Shown: positions 1 to 12,679 of the stretch, one piece after another
How positions within the stretch are numbered: the stretch's first letter is position 1
Layout: every line of letters starts with the position of its first letter
The notes under the pieces: generated by a model
Told to the model about the DNA's origin: nothing
Seen by the model: the letters and a program-made list of their open reading frames with translations, nothing else
Databases searched by the model: none
Position numbers and translations under genes: made by a program
Source of the DNA: Bispira polyomma
Taxonomy: Eukaryota
DNA length: 64,000 nucleotides
Reading direction: 5' to 3'
Assembly: GCA_965649765.1 (NCBI GenBank)
Contig: OZ287753.1
Coordinates: 23,312,001 to 23,376,000 of the forward strand

Positions 1-1063
1 TACACTAGTGGTGTTGTTATATATTGTGTGTTATGGTATACATAAGCAGCACCCATTTAATTAGGGCTCCTTTTATTTACAATAACTAATAATATAGCAC
101 ACCTATCTTTTTTTAATCGGTATGAATGGATCATAATTATTATCTTTTTCTGATAATATTTTAATCCTATACAGATGGTCTAGCGAGGCAAGTTTTTTTG
201 GTCGTGCTGTTTTTTATGAGGTTGATGGTGGTCAACATTATAGGACCAAAACAAAGATAATAAAAACATTTTCATAGAACTGAAATCTAGTTCGTATACA
301 TAAACTGCACCGGAAGTTTTGATGTAAACGAAGTCTTGCAAGAAATAGCAAATATGTCACGTAATATTTTAAATTATGAGGAAAACATATATTAACTACA
401 AAACTTAGACCAAGTTATTGTTTTGATGAAGAACCCATATTACCAGGTAGTTCGTATTAGTTTTCAGGCGTTTCAAGTACTCAAATATTGTGGATGTACC
501 CAACGACATAGAAATATCTCACCGCCTTCTGATCACCAATTACTCGTTCACAGCCCTAATAGATATGGTGTTGAAATTATCCACTGAAATATGTTTTAAT
601 CTTTTCCCCCCTAGATTACTATTGCACCGTTGAATGTTACACCTTACATTGAAGCCGAACCTATAAAGAAAGAAAATGAGGGATGTTATATCACTTTTAG
701 TAATAGCATTTGCTTATATAACTTTGTGCATAGATTATTGATACAGTGCTGAAAGTGTTCAATGAATTCCTTTTGGTCTTTTCCCCTGTAGATACGGTAG
801 ATTCCAATTGCACCAGCCAATGCCGAACTTTCCATCAAACTTGAAGAAAACAAGGTAGGTTGCATCACCTTTCATTGTTAACACCTGTCCCCAAAATTTG
901 TACCAGACTAGGAAGGTGTAAACACTGCCCCTTAATCCATAAAATTAAGGAAGTATACTATGCATTTACCAAATCTACATCCCCAGTCAACAAAATCCCT
1001 AAACACATCACCTGTGAATCAAGTTAGATCTGTATTGTTGTGAAGCCAAATTTTTTAACCTAT

Positions 1064-1590
1064 TGTATGACAGATGCCAGAATTGTTTGTAAATGTATGC
1101 CAGAATTGTTTGTAAATGTATGCCAGAATTGTTTGTAAATGTATTTCAATTTGAATAACACACTCGATGTTTGATAATCCATAATTAGTGATGTTTGGTT
1201 TTTAAGGATTATTGTAAATGAATGACATCTGTATAGGTGTATTGTATAAAGGGCTGGATTATGGGACTAATTAGTATTGTTAGAATGTATATATAAACCA
1301 CTAAATTTTAGATGTTAGGATAGAGATAAACTGAGCAGAGATAGATAGAGAACAGAGTTAAAAGGTAATAGCAAAACTAAAAGTGAACTTTAGAACTGAG
1401 AGAACAGATATAGAATACAAGTTAAGTTTAGTGTGAAGTGAACTAAAAAGAGATAGAATTAAAGTTATAATTACATGTACTGTATCTTGTTATAACATTG
1501 TTATTAAAATAAAGAACTTCTAAAGGAAACATCAATTAGACTTTTACACCCCAAACTCAATCCAAAACATTTGGTGGAGATAGCTGTTGT
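1064..1590 (+). mobile_element. LTR-like segment followed by a primer-binding site (LTR retrotransposon 5' end remnant)
   Basis: Starts TGT (1064) and ends ACA (1569), contains TATATAAA and AATAAA, and is immediately followed by TTTGGTGGAGAT, a TGG-initiated PBS-like motif. No partner LTR is seen. Confidence 0.5.
1075..1143. repeat. 23-bp tandem repeat x3 (TGCCAGAATTGTTTGTAAATGTA)
   Basis: Three perfect adjacent copies inside the LTR-like segment. Confidence 0.9.
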
Positions 1591-2154
1591 AGTCACTTTT
1601 TAGCTGACTATCAAAGAACATATATCAATCAGGATGCATCACTGGATTTGAACGTTTTGTCAGAGGACCAGACTACAAGGATCCAGTCATTAGAAAGCAA
1701 TTTTGTGAAGATGCCTTGACGTGGATCACAGCCCAAGAGGAAAACTGCACAAGCATGAGGAAAATGAACAAGCCAGATGTTTACAGCCATGTCACCTCAA
1801 CTTTAATAAAGGAAGACAGTACCAGTACGTATACAAGTACAAATCACAGATACTGAGGCAAAGAAAGGCATAGATCAACAATGAGTTCCCCCTGAAAGCT
1901 GTCCGTGACCTGCAAGAAAACCACAAATGTCTATGTGCTGGTTACTATGATCCCCCCCCCCCCCCCTTTTTTTTGTGGTCTGTAATATCAAAGTACACTA
2001 TTTGGATTAGTGTGTAATATAAGAGTACACTATGGTATTGCATCTTCTGCTATATTACGATGTACAAGTAAGGTCCACGTAAAATCAGTGCATATCGCTT
2101 GACTGAGGGGGGAATGTTAAGACATCTCAGTCATCTGTATTACTATAAAGTAAT

Positions 2155-2225
2155 TTGCTTTTACTGGGATTCGATCCCTGGATCTTGAGTTTAATAGTTG
2201 CAGGCATAACAGTCAAGCTAAAGGG
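2155..2225 (-). mobile_element. Degenerate tRNA-derived (SINE-head-like) sequence
   Basis: Minus strand has an A-box-like TAGCTTGACTG and a B-box-like GATCGAATCC at tRNA-like spacing; the cloverleaf is not intact. Confidence 0.3.
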
Positions 2226-3387
2226 AAGACCCCAGAAATGTATAATGTGCTGATATACACTGATATTACAGAGAGCACAAGTTTGTTCACATATCCAAAG
2301 GTCAATGAAATGAGAGAAATTCTATTATAAAATAGCAGCAGCACATGTTCTCCAGAGAGATTCTCAGAGTGGAGATGGATTTGTAAAATAGATTAGTTAT
2401 TTTTTTTAGGGTTTATGTTTATATACATTTTAAGTTGTGTTAGTACGGTAATCTTATCTTTTTATCTGTTTTTACTGTCAATGGATTCTATCTAAAGATA
2501 TAGTTTAAAATTGTGACTTGATGGTAAAAACATTTGGTGTTGATTGATTGTAAAAGTACTTTGATACAGCACATAATCCATTTGTGTGAAGTGTCTTCAT
2601 TTATACAGAAATAATGAAGTGAAAGGATGATTGCAGTGAATATAAATGTGTTTCAGATAATCAGATTACCTTGTTATTTGCTAATCAACATCTGATAAGT
2701 CACAGTATAAGGAAGAAATAGTAAGAATGCTTCATGCATTCAAGGCCTGTTTTAATTTACAATGGGGGGAAATTAGATTTTTTGCATCATTTAAGTGAGA
2801 ATCAGGCCCTAAAACTAAAGAATCTTGCAGCGTTCCTGAATATAATTGCATTGTTGCTAATTTGTTGGTATTGCCTATTAAGTTGTTATAAAGGATAAGG
2901 GTATTACAAATTTTGTCTAGTGAATTACATTCATTTGTTGGCTTCAACGGCAGTTTCCTCTTAAAGAAATCAGTCTGTAATCATGTTTTCCATCTTAGAT
3001 GCTTCACTGTCTTTTATTGCAAAAGGTATGTTTTTTCTCGGACATTGAGCACTATACTTTAAAAGCTGGTCGTAAAACAATAAAACCATTTTCGATAGCA
3101 TAAGCATTGAGTGCCGATGTAAAGAAATTAATGAAGAATTGTGTGATGCCATGGTTGATGTGTGCCTGAGGTAGAAAATGTGGTCCAAGTTGAAGTAACT
3201 GAGAAGTGAGAACTACCAAACGATGCAAGTATGGCTACGTGCTGATAAGGTAATACAGTAGACTCTGTATAACTAGAACCTCCAATATCCACAGGATTTG
3301 GTTCTAGTTATAGCTAACTTCCACTTATACCTACACCTACAAGAATACAGCATTTTGTGATGTTGGGACCTCGAAACTGGTTCCTCT

Positions 3388-4893
3388 TAAGCAAAATTAA
3401 CCCTGTGGGTCAAAAATGAGCTCGAAATCGCTCTATCTAGCACCGTTTCCGAGATAACTGACATTTTCAAAAAAGACGCAGAAATTCAAGATGGCCCCCA
3501 ATATTGAAATTTTTTTAAAAGTTTACATATAATCAAAATCAACCCTGTCGGTCGAAAATGAGATCAAAATCGCTCTATCTAGCACCGTTTCCGAGATAAC
3601 TGACATTTTCGAAAAAGACGCAGAAATTCAAGATGGCCGCCAAAATTGAAAATTTTTTAAAAGTTTACATATAAGCAAAATCAACCCTGTGGGTTGAAAA
3701 TGAGCTTGAAATCGCTCTATCTAGCACCATTTCCGAGATAACTGACATTTTCAAAAAAGACGCAGAAATTCAAGATGGCCCCCAATATTGAAATTTTTTT
3801 AAAAGTTTACATATAAGCAAAATTAACTCTGTGGATCGAAAATTAGCTCGAAATCGCTCTATCTAGCACTGTTTCCGAGATAACGGACATTTTCGGAAAA
3901 GACGCAGAAATTCAAGATGGCCGCCAAAATTGAAATTTTTTTTAAAAGCTTACGTATAAGCAAAAATCAACCCTGTGGGTCAAAAATGAGATCGAAATCG
4001 CTCTATCTAGCACCGTTTCCGAGATAACTGACATTTTCAAAAAAGATGCAGAAATTCAAGATGGCCGCCAAAATTTGAAATTTTTTTAAAAGTTTACATA
4101 TAAGCAAAATTAACTCTGTGGATCGAAAATTAGCTCGAAATCGCTCTATCTAGCACCGTTTCGGAGATAACTGACATTTTCGAAAAAGACGCAGAAATTC
4201 AAGATGGCCGTCAAAATTGAAATTTTTTTAAAACTTTACATATAAGCAAAAATCAACCCTGCGGGTCGAAAATGAGCTCGAAATCGCTCTATCTAGCACC
4301 GTTTCCGAGATAACTGACATTTTCGAAAAAGACGCAGAAATTCAAGATGGCCGCCAAAATTGAAAATTTTTTAAAAATTTACATATAAGCAAAATCAACC
4401 CTTTGGGTCGAAAATGAGCTTGAAATCGCTCTATCTAGCACCGTTTCCGAGATAACTGACATTTTCAAAAAAGACGCAGAAATTCAAGATGGCCGCCAAA
4501 ATTGAAATTTTTTTTAAAAGTTTACATATAAGCAAAATTAACTCTGTGGATCGAAAATTAGCTCGAAATCACTCTATCTAGCACTGTTTCCGAGATAACG
4601 GACATTTTCGGAAAAGACGCAGAAATTCAAGATGGCCGCCAAAATTGAAATTTTTTTTAAAAGCTTACGTATAAGCAAAAATCAACCCTGTGGGTCAAAA
4701 ATGAGCTCGAAATCGCTCTATCTAGCACCGTTTCGGAGATAACGGACGTTTTCAAAAAAGACGCAGAAATTCAAGATGGCCGCCAAAATTGCAATTTTTT
4801 TTAAAAGTTTACGTATAAGCAAAATCAACCCTGTCGGTCGAAAATGAGCTCGAAATCGCTCTATCTAGCACCGTTTCAGAGATAATGGACATT
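3388..4893. repeat. ~143-bp tandem array, ~10.5 copies
   Basis: Unit AAGCAAAAT(T/C)AACCCTGTGGGTCGAAAATGAGCTCGAAATCGCTCTATCTAGCACCGTTTCCGAGATAAC...CAAGATGGCCGCC...AGTTTACATAT recurs at about 3389, 3531, 3673, 3815, 3958, 4102, 4244, 4387, 4530, 4673 and 4817. Confidence 0.97.
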
Positions 4894-5742
4894 TAAAAAA
4901 AAAACTATCGCATATTTTTGGATGGGGTAAAAAATAAATAAAAATTCAGGCTATTCTTTAAAAGTTACGCGCTGCATGTACTGGTCTAAAATTAAAAATA
5001 AAAAAATCCTCACACGCTCAAAAAAGCACCCATCAACACATTTTTTTTCCCCATTTTGTATGATTGATCGACCCTGTCAATCAGTCAATTATCACCAGAT
5101 TGATCTAAAAATTTACAGACATCTATGCTTTGGTATTTGCAATGTGCATGCGAAATTTCATTGAACTATGACAAGTACTTCAAAAGAAAAGTTGATAAAA
5201 GTGCAAGATAGAGCAAAATACTCATTTGAAGTACTCAGTACTCATTGAGTACTGGACTTAGAACTGTGAAATTTTTACATCATACATAAAATCAAAAAGT
5301 AGATGAATAACTTATACCAAGAAAAAGCCGAAATCCCAATAGTTTCCGAGATAGCAAAAAAGTATCGATTTTTCACATTTCAATAAAAATCAATCGGTTA
5401 GCAATCGCTCAAATATCATCCGATTAATCTCATCAGCGTCTCCCGTCTTGAAAATTGCCTTACCAATGTACATACCAAATTTCATTAAGCTATGATGAAT
5501 ACTTTTTGAGAAAACCTAGTGACAAGCACTTTTACACCCCCCAGGGTCACCTGACATTTAAGTAGGCCAAAGTTCAAAGCCAAGAATATGAAAAAAATTT
5601 CCCACTCCTGGTTAAGAGAACTGCCAAAAATAATTTTGATGCAGATAATATTGAAGGAGATATTCAAGGAAGACCATGCGGTGGCGGCGAGGAAACCAGG
5701 GGTGAAACCAAATAAGCGCCCTTTTCAAGGGACGCTTAATTA
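3388..5742 (+). mobile_element. Helentron/HINE-like non-autonomous element carrying the tandem array
   Basis: The array is followed by CCAAATTTCATT/TTTCCGAGATA-type motifs and ends in a short GC-rich hairpin AAGCGCCC-TTTTCAA-GGGACGCTT-AAT (~5714-5740). A similar hairpin end occurs at ~10695-10718. Confidence 0.45.
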
Positions 5743-5744
5743 GC

Positions 5745-7352
5745 AGGAGTACGATGCAAACAAGAAAGTAATTATGTAATGACAGCTAGGGTCAGGCACT
5801 CCCTGAGAATGAATGAAGCTCCTCTAAAGCTCAGGGTTATTTGTGAAAAAGGAGGAAATGTTCTTTCTGAAATTGCAATTGTATGGCAGGATTAGGAGAA
5901 ACCTGCAGCGATATAGGAGCACTGTTGTTTGCAATTGATGCAGTAGTAAAAATTAGGGAATCCAAGACAGTAACACAGGATAGGGCTATTGGTTACTTCC
6001 AGCAACAGTGAAGAAGGTTAAGGATGAAAAGATAAAGGACATCAACTTTACCTCGGCCAAGACTAAGAAGAAAAGAATGGATGCAAGTATTGCCAATGTT
6101 ACAACTCGACTAGTTAGATGTCAGAAAAAAGTTCCATATGTGGAAAAAGTCAAACAAGAAGAAAGGAACCAAATTTATGAAAAAATAAAAAGGAAAATGC
6201 CAGTGACTTTATCCATAGTGGAGGGGTGTACAACAGAATATGTACTAAAAGTGCTAAGTGAGAAATATCCACAGATATTATCAGAATTAAGGGATGAGAA
6301 TTACACCACTATTGACAAAGTAGATTAAGTGAAACACTGTGGTGAAGTCTTTGACAGATTAAAAGTCACAAAGGAGGAAGCTGACAATGTAGAAGTAGCA
6401 ACAAAAGAACAGGCTCAGAGTAAAAACTGGTTCAGATTTCGCACAAGTAGAATAACAGCATCTGTAATAAATTCAGTTTGTCCAAGGATCCTGACACCCC
6501 ATCTGAGAGCTTATTAAAAAGGATTTGCTATCCAGTGCTACACAAGTTTCAAACAGATGAAACAAGGTGGGGTTGTTCCCATAAAAAAGATGCCCAATAA
6601 ATGTATTGTGAAAGGATGAAAGCAAGTCATGTTAACTTCACCTGCAAGGAAAGTGGTATTTGCCTTAATCCAGAATATTTATTCATTGGTGCTTCTCCAG
6701 ATGGTTTTGCTACATGTGATTGCTGTGGTAAAGTGTGTATAGAGATAATGTGCCCCTTTTGCATTGGCGACAGCAAGCTTAAAAATGCAACAGATAATAT
6801 GGTGCAATCACAACTTAGGTAGAAAAAATCTCATGCTTACTATTATCAGATTCAATGTCAGCTATTAGAATCTGGAAAGGAATATTGTGATTTTATTGTG
6901 TGGACAACGTAAGATTTTCATGTTGAGAGGATACCCATGGATCCCGAATTTTGTCAGAGTATAGTACATGTATCCAAAAAGTTTTTCATACAGGCCATAT
7001 TACCAGAACTTGTGGGAAAACTATTCTCAAGGCCACACGGTCATTGCCATCATCAAGTACCACTTATAATGAAGAATTAACTTTGTGCAATACACAACAA
7101 GGAAGTAGTGAAGACTTAAACAACAACACAGGGCAAACTAACAACAACACCACCAGTGATAATACTGGAGAGTTAATTTGCCTTTGTCAAACTATTAACA
7201 GTCCACATGGTGATGATGTAATTGGATGTGACAACAATGAGTGTCCTTTTGGAGGGTGGTTTCACTTTAAATGTATCAAGATAAAGAGGATTCCAAAGGG
7301 GAAATGTTTTTGTCCAACATGCAAGTTAGCAAAAAGGAAGAATACAAATTGA
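5745..7352 (+). pseudogene. Decayed KolobokP-type transposon accessory ORF: SWIM zinc finger + YqaJ/lambda-exonuclease (PD-(D/E)XK) + C-terminal PHD finger
   Basis: Frame-shifted translation gives [21 protein letters not shown](D)IGALLFAID (SWIM), WFRFRTSRITAS, FIGASPDG..CDCCG..CIEIMCP and YYYQIQCQL (YqaJ), and CLCQ...IGCDNNECP.GWFHFKC...CFCPTC (PHD). Several stops and frameshifts. Confidence 0.8.
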
Positions 7353-8585
7353 GTAAAGATTAAAATCTAACATTAGAAAAACATAAAAATTAAAGGAGAT
7401 ATGGGATTTTATGAAAAGTAATTAAAAAAAAATTGTTAAGTAATTTAAGATTAAAAGAATAACATTTGTTACTTAAGAAAAAAAAAAAATGGATTTTGAT
7501 AAACACAAAATACTGGAAATTTACCTCTATGAAACCAAGGAAGTGAATGCAGTTAAAAAAATATGAATGTGGCAAAATAAATGCAGTCAAACAAAACAAG
7601 ATAAGAGTGGCCCAAAGGGCCACATCAGCAGATGCTCTTTTGGATGTTTCTGAAAGGAGAGGTATTAGAGGCATGGGGCCATGCAGTATATTTGCTATAG
7701 GGGTGGGACAAAAGTAAGAAAAAGTATGCTACCCCCCCACCCCCCCATACCTCAAAAAAAAGAAGAAATATCCACCCCCTCCCTAAAAGAAAAAAAAATT
7801 ATAACAAATTATAAAAATATATAATTAATATAAATACATTCCTATCTTATATGCAGAAACTGTTTCATTAACAGAAGAAAAAAACATATATCATCATATC
7901 ATATAAACAAGATAAGAGTGGCCCACGGGGTCACATGTAGATTGTCTATAGGGGTAGGACAGAACCAGTCTTTGTGTGTCGGTATCCCACCAATGCATAG
8001 CAAACCGTCTTGGTATAGGAAAGACTTTGCATATTAAATAATATATAACTATTAAATACAAGTGTATGAAGCTATTATTTATTATCAGGATTATGCAGTT
8101 CTTTTTTTGTGGTCCAGTGCAAAGTAAAATTATTATTTATTATTAGCAATATAATATAAGAAATTTATGTCAGTAATACATTACCGACAATTGTCGACAT
8201 AATAGGCACTATGAATAATTATTTTCAGTCCACGATATCTTGACTTAAAATTGTTATCGTGACCTAAAAATCAAATGTCTGAATGGTTATACTGGACATA
8301 TATATCCTTTAAACATATTACCCGTAACGACATTCAAACTTCTACAGCTGAGAAAGAGACACAGTAAAAAGCCTGATTTTTTCTGTGGCGGCCATCTTGT
8401 TTTTCAAAATGAGGCCAAAATCACTCCTAGGCAAGCTTTTCTAATAAAGAACATTTTCTGTAAATTTCAGGAGCCTAGGTGTAAAAGTGTTACCAGGAGA
8501 GTGGTAATGGTAAAATCTGTACACACACTGACGCGGCGAACGAATCGTAAACCAATGTAACTTTTGGAATTATTGGGAATGTTTC

Positions 8586-9502
8586 CAGGGTTGTTATGGT
8601 ATTCCCCGGGCGGGAAATACAGGGAAATACTCTTGTGTGACTTTTTTGGCAAACTTAAATAACAAAAAGTAAGGAAAATGGCTTTCAAAAAATTAGTTTT
8701 AGAAATAACAGTTGTTTTACACTTTTTACATTCAGTTAAAGTTCTTCCACCTTCTTCAACCACATCATAAAATCCTGTAAGTAGATCTTTAGATTTCATC
8801 TTAAAATATATATTTGTGATAACATAGCACCACCAAAAAACAAAATGAATATAATTTCATCTATTATTGGCCCAGTATCAATACATATTTCTAACAAGAG
8901 GGTATTAATCTTTATGACAAGTATGTGCTCCCTTTTCTCATTGAATGGCCCGGGTATTTAAAAGGGATTATATTAACAGCATACACAAAAGTACAGGAGC
9001 CACAGTATAGAACACTGAAACTGAGTTAAAGAGCTCACTTGTCAGACTTGCTAATTGCATCTAAATCCAAAAAGGATTACACCCTCTATCAGATGGGATT
9101 TATATCTGTCACTTTTCTTGAATAGAGTAAGGATTTAAAAAGGATTAACCTGACCGCACAGATATTATTATAATCAAAAGAACAATAATTCAGTTCACAT
9201 TTTAGAGAAGCATGGACAGAAGAAACTGAACTGAACATAACTTAAACAATAACCCTCCAAAAAATTAATTAAACATACTCAATTACCTAGAAAAAGATGG
9301 ACATGATTGTTTTTCTTTCCCTATATAATACATATATGTGGATATCTACATAATAGTAATAATATATATGCATATAAAAGTATATATATGTGTATATATA
9401 TTTCTAAAAGGACCATCATATATCATATACGTGCTGCATATAACATGCTGCCCAGTATTTTCCGGTATTTCCCAGTATTTCCTGGGAAATATAACAACCC
9501 TG
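8586..9502 (-). mobile_element. Non-autonomous hAT DNA transposon with BED-finger remnant
   Basis: 12-bp TIRs CAGGGTTGTTAT / ATAACAACCCTG; 8-bp TSD AATGTTTC / AATGTTGC (1 mismatch); minus ORF from 8799 (MKSKDLLTGFYDVVEEGGRTLTECKKCKTTV) resembles a BED finger N-terminus. Confidence 0.8.
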
Positions 9503-9540
9503 AATGTTGCAGATGACTGCGTATACCTTCTGGGCCTAAA

Positions 9541-10434
9541 GGTTGAATCCAGGAACTTTGCCCACAGGAACTTTGCCCACAGGGGACTTTTCCCACAGGA
9601 ACTTTTCCCACAGGAACTTTGCCCACAACCATTTTTACAGGATAGGACTTCTGCCCACAATATAAATTTTTCCCCCCACAAAGACATTTTCTTTTTTTAT
9701 TACAATTATTATTCACCTTAGATAACTGCTCAGGACATAATAGTTTCAAAAGAGATCAAACATTAATTGACCTTCACCAAAAGCTTCCCTGCTTCCTAAT
9801 ATTCACCTTAGATAACTGCGTGATAAGTAAAAGTGAACATAGCCACAGTTGTGATGAAAACAAAGTGCAAGCAGTTAAAGTCAAAACTACTGTGAAGGAT
9901 CATTCCTCAGCCACCAGAAGTAAACCATCCCAGATTGTTGCTGACAATGTAGATAATGTGCCAGTGGAAGTCAGGGCTGCACTTGCAAATATGGAATCTG
10001 TAAAACGAGTAATCCACGAAAAGAAGAGAGGTGCACTTCCTAAGGATTTACATCCCTCCATGAGCTTGAAGAAAAGTGGACTTAATTTAGGGGGGAAGAA
10101 TTTCCGATTCATGACAGTGGAAAATCAGCATATAACAGAATGATGGTTTTTGCTACACCAGTTGGACTAAGTCACGTTGCTAGAAAACACTAGAAGAATT
10201 TCTGAAGTCTGTTGGTGCCACAATCAGACTAAACTAAAAACATGTTATAATGCTAGTGACTGATATTATATACTGTTTACATTTTATTCAATAAATTCAA
10301 TAAAATAATAACTTATTTTTACGGTTATCATTTAATATTTTATTATTATTGTGGGCAAAGTTCCTCCCCTGTAAAAATTGTTGTGGGCAAAATTCCTTGT
10401 GGGCAAAGGTCCTGTGGGCAAAGTTCCGTACACC
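9541..10434 (+). mobile_element. Internally deleted MULE (FLYWCH-type) DNA transposon
   Basis: Long imperfect TIRs built from GGAACTTTGCCCACA repeats (left 9551-9680, inverted right ~10350-10430). ORF 9820-10143 (HSHSCD...KPSQIV...MESVKRVIHEKKRGALPKD) matches the post-FLYWCH linker of MULE transposases. Confidence 0.7.
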
Positions 10435-11239
10435 CTAAAATTTGGATCACTTCCAAAAGGTAATGTTGTGCATACATCTATACAAGAAACCTACTTGCCC
10501 AATTTTATTGAGAATAGGCAAAGCGCTTTTAAGTTATCATCCGGACAAGCACACCCCTTTAAAAAAACCTGTTTTTGGTCATGTGACTTCTCTGATTGGC
10601 CGAAATGTGATGACACCATATTGAAAATTTTTTGAAAATAGAAAAGGCGGGAGCCGGTGGCCCCTTTCCCGTGAATTTTCACCTGTATACAAACAAGCGC
10701 CCCTTGCGGGATGCTTAAAGAGTTATTAATACAAAAATGGAAGTGATAACGCGTCGGATGGTAGGTGCTGAAAAAAAGTACTAGACATCGGGTTCCTAAT
10801 TTACAAGTAGTTAACTATGCGTCAGGTCCCATATTTTCCAATGAAGTTCTTTATATTACCACAAACACATGCATATGTTTTCTTACATTATTATTATATT
10901 ATTAGTTAGGTTTTTGCATATTAAAATGACATAAAGTATGCGATATAACAAATAGACTACGTACCTTTTATATTTGATTAAATAGACAAATAGACGTTGG
11001 GTCCTTGGTATAAATTTATTTATAATTGCTATTTTAGGGGAGTTCTGTGAATTGCTTTCTTCCAATGTATATGTGTAGATATAAGGTAATACATGTTGCC
11101 AATTATGTTGGCAATTCTTGCCGCGTCAAAGGTCCTAAACAGTTAAATATCTGAAGTGGCTATAGAAGTGGTCCCCCAAATTTAAGGACATTAAATGGCC
11201 CTCACAAACAGCTTATATTTCAGGTTATATGTGTACATA

Positions 11240-11398
11240 CAGTTGAACCCCTTTAAGTAGAACCTCAAGGGACCAGGACAAATACCTCTGCTCAAGTACG
11301 ATTTTTACTGAAAAGGGTTGATTTCAAAAGAACAGGCCTAGTGGGACTACAAATTTCTCTTCACATAAAAGGGAAATCGACTTAACAGGGTTTGACTG
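11240..11398. mobile_element. Tc1/mariner-pogo-type MITE
   Basis: TIRs CAGTTGAACCC / GGGTTTGACTG flanked by TA. A related left-end fragment lies at ~3256-3388. Confidence 0.7.
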
Positions 11399-11940
11399 TA
11401 TAAGGCAATATATGTTAGCAGTTCTTGACAAGTCAAAGGTCAGAGACAGTTAAATATCATCATGTATAATGTTGCCGATGTCTATTGTTAACAATTAAAA
11501 ATGGTTCTTGTAATAGTCTATTACCAAAAAATGAAATGAAGTTAATACCTGTGACTAAAACCAGTTTGTTTTGGGTATGTTAAATTATCTATTATTAATT
11601 GTGTTAAATAGTTTACTTTTGATGGAGTTTTTTTTTTTTTCAAAATGTTAGATAATGCTTTTATGGAAAATAACAGCCGTGATAAGGTTCCTGTTAAAAT
11701 AATATTTACAGCCCTTATTATAAATGCCCATGAAAAATAGGACCCTCTGTTAAAGGCTGTTTAAAAATGTAATTTATTGCAGCTAAATTTTAAAACGTCA
11801 AAAGTACTGAGATTCGTTCATTTCTAGTTCTGATTATGTACAAATAAATTAGATAAACCATAAAAAATACCAGACCAAAGTCTTTTATAATTTTTTTTAA
11901 AGTTTTGCTTTTTTTCAATGGCATCGAAAATAATTTTAAG

Positions 11941-12319
11941 TAGGGGTGAGACAGGGGGACCGGTTACCCGATTACGGGCCGGTTTTGAGGGAAACCGGAG
12001 TGAAATTTGCGACTCGGGGACCCGAAAACGTGTACGTTTTAAGTTAAAACTCTTATATTATCGCTTGTAATTATAAATAACTTCACCAAAACAATAACTT
12101 TGGTTAAATTAGAGCACCTAACATGCGTTTTTCTTCTAACTTCCAATATTCCCCCAGATATTTGCCTTTATTTTTCGTAAGATTTTGTTTACATCAGCTG
12201 CCATTTTGTTAGACTGGTTTCTGAGATTGGTGCATACTAAATTTACGGGTACCCGGTTTCAAACCGGTTAGACGCTAGCGATTAATCGGGGTGCTTTTTT
12301 TGGGCCCGTCTCACCCCTA
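11941..12319. mobile_element. hAT-type MITE
   Basis: TIRs TAGGGGTGAGAC / GTCTCACCCCTA with a perfect 8-bp TSD ATTTTAAG on both sides. Confidence 0.9.
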
Positions 12320-12679
12320 ATTTTAAGTCACGACCAACAAAATTATGTGTACATTAAAAAAGTTTTTAGTTAATTTCTTCCATTAATTGTAAAAGCTGCA
12401 GATAACTTTTAATCTTGATTTATCGAGTACTCAAATATACATAACAAACGTGTAGATATAAGGTAATACATGTTGGCGATCACTGCCGAGTCAAAGGGCA
12501 GACATAGTTAAATATCCTTATATGGAAGTTGGTGCTTTGGGGTGCTCCCAACGATGATAGATTGCGTAATTTGCATCAACTTTTTCGATTGTCGCTTATT
12601 TATACATGCTTTACTTCCCCGATCAATATCACAGAGGTTGCAATTAGAAAGAAGCAATTAATGGAACCTCACGGAATTT

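Noticed and set aside
2105-2130. Polypurine tract + TGT as the 3' LTR partner of 1064-1569
   Set aside because: The sequence after it does not resemble the 1064 LTR; at most it is an unrelated LTR fragment.
3388-4893. CRISPR-like array
   Set aside because: Units are contiguous 143-bp near-identical monomers with no unique spacers; the context is eukaryotic and no cas genes are present.
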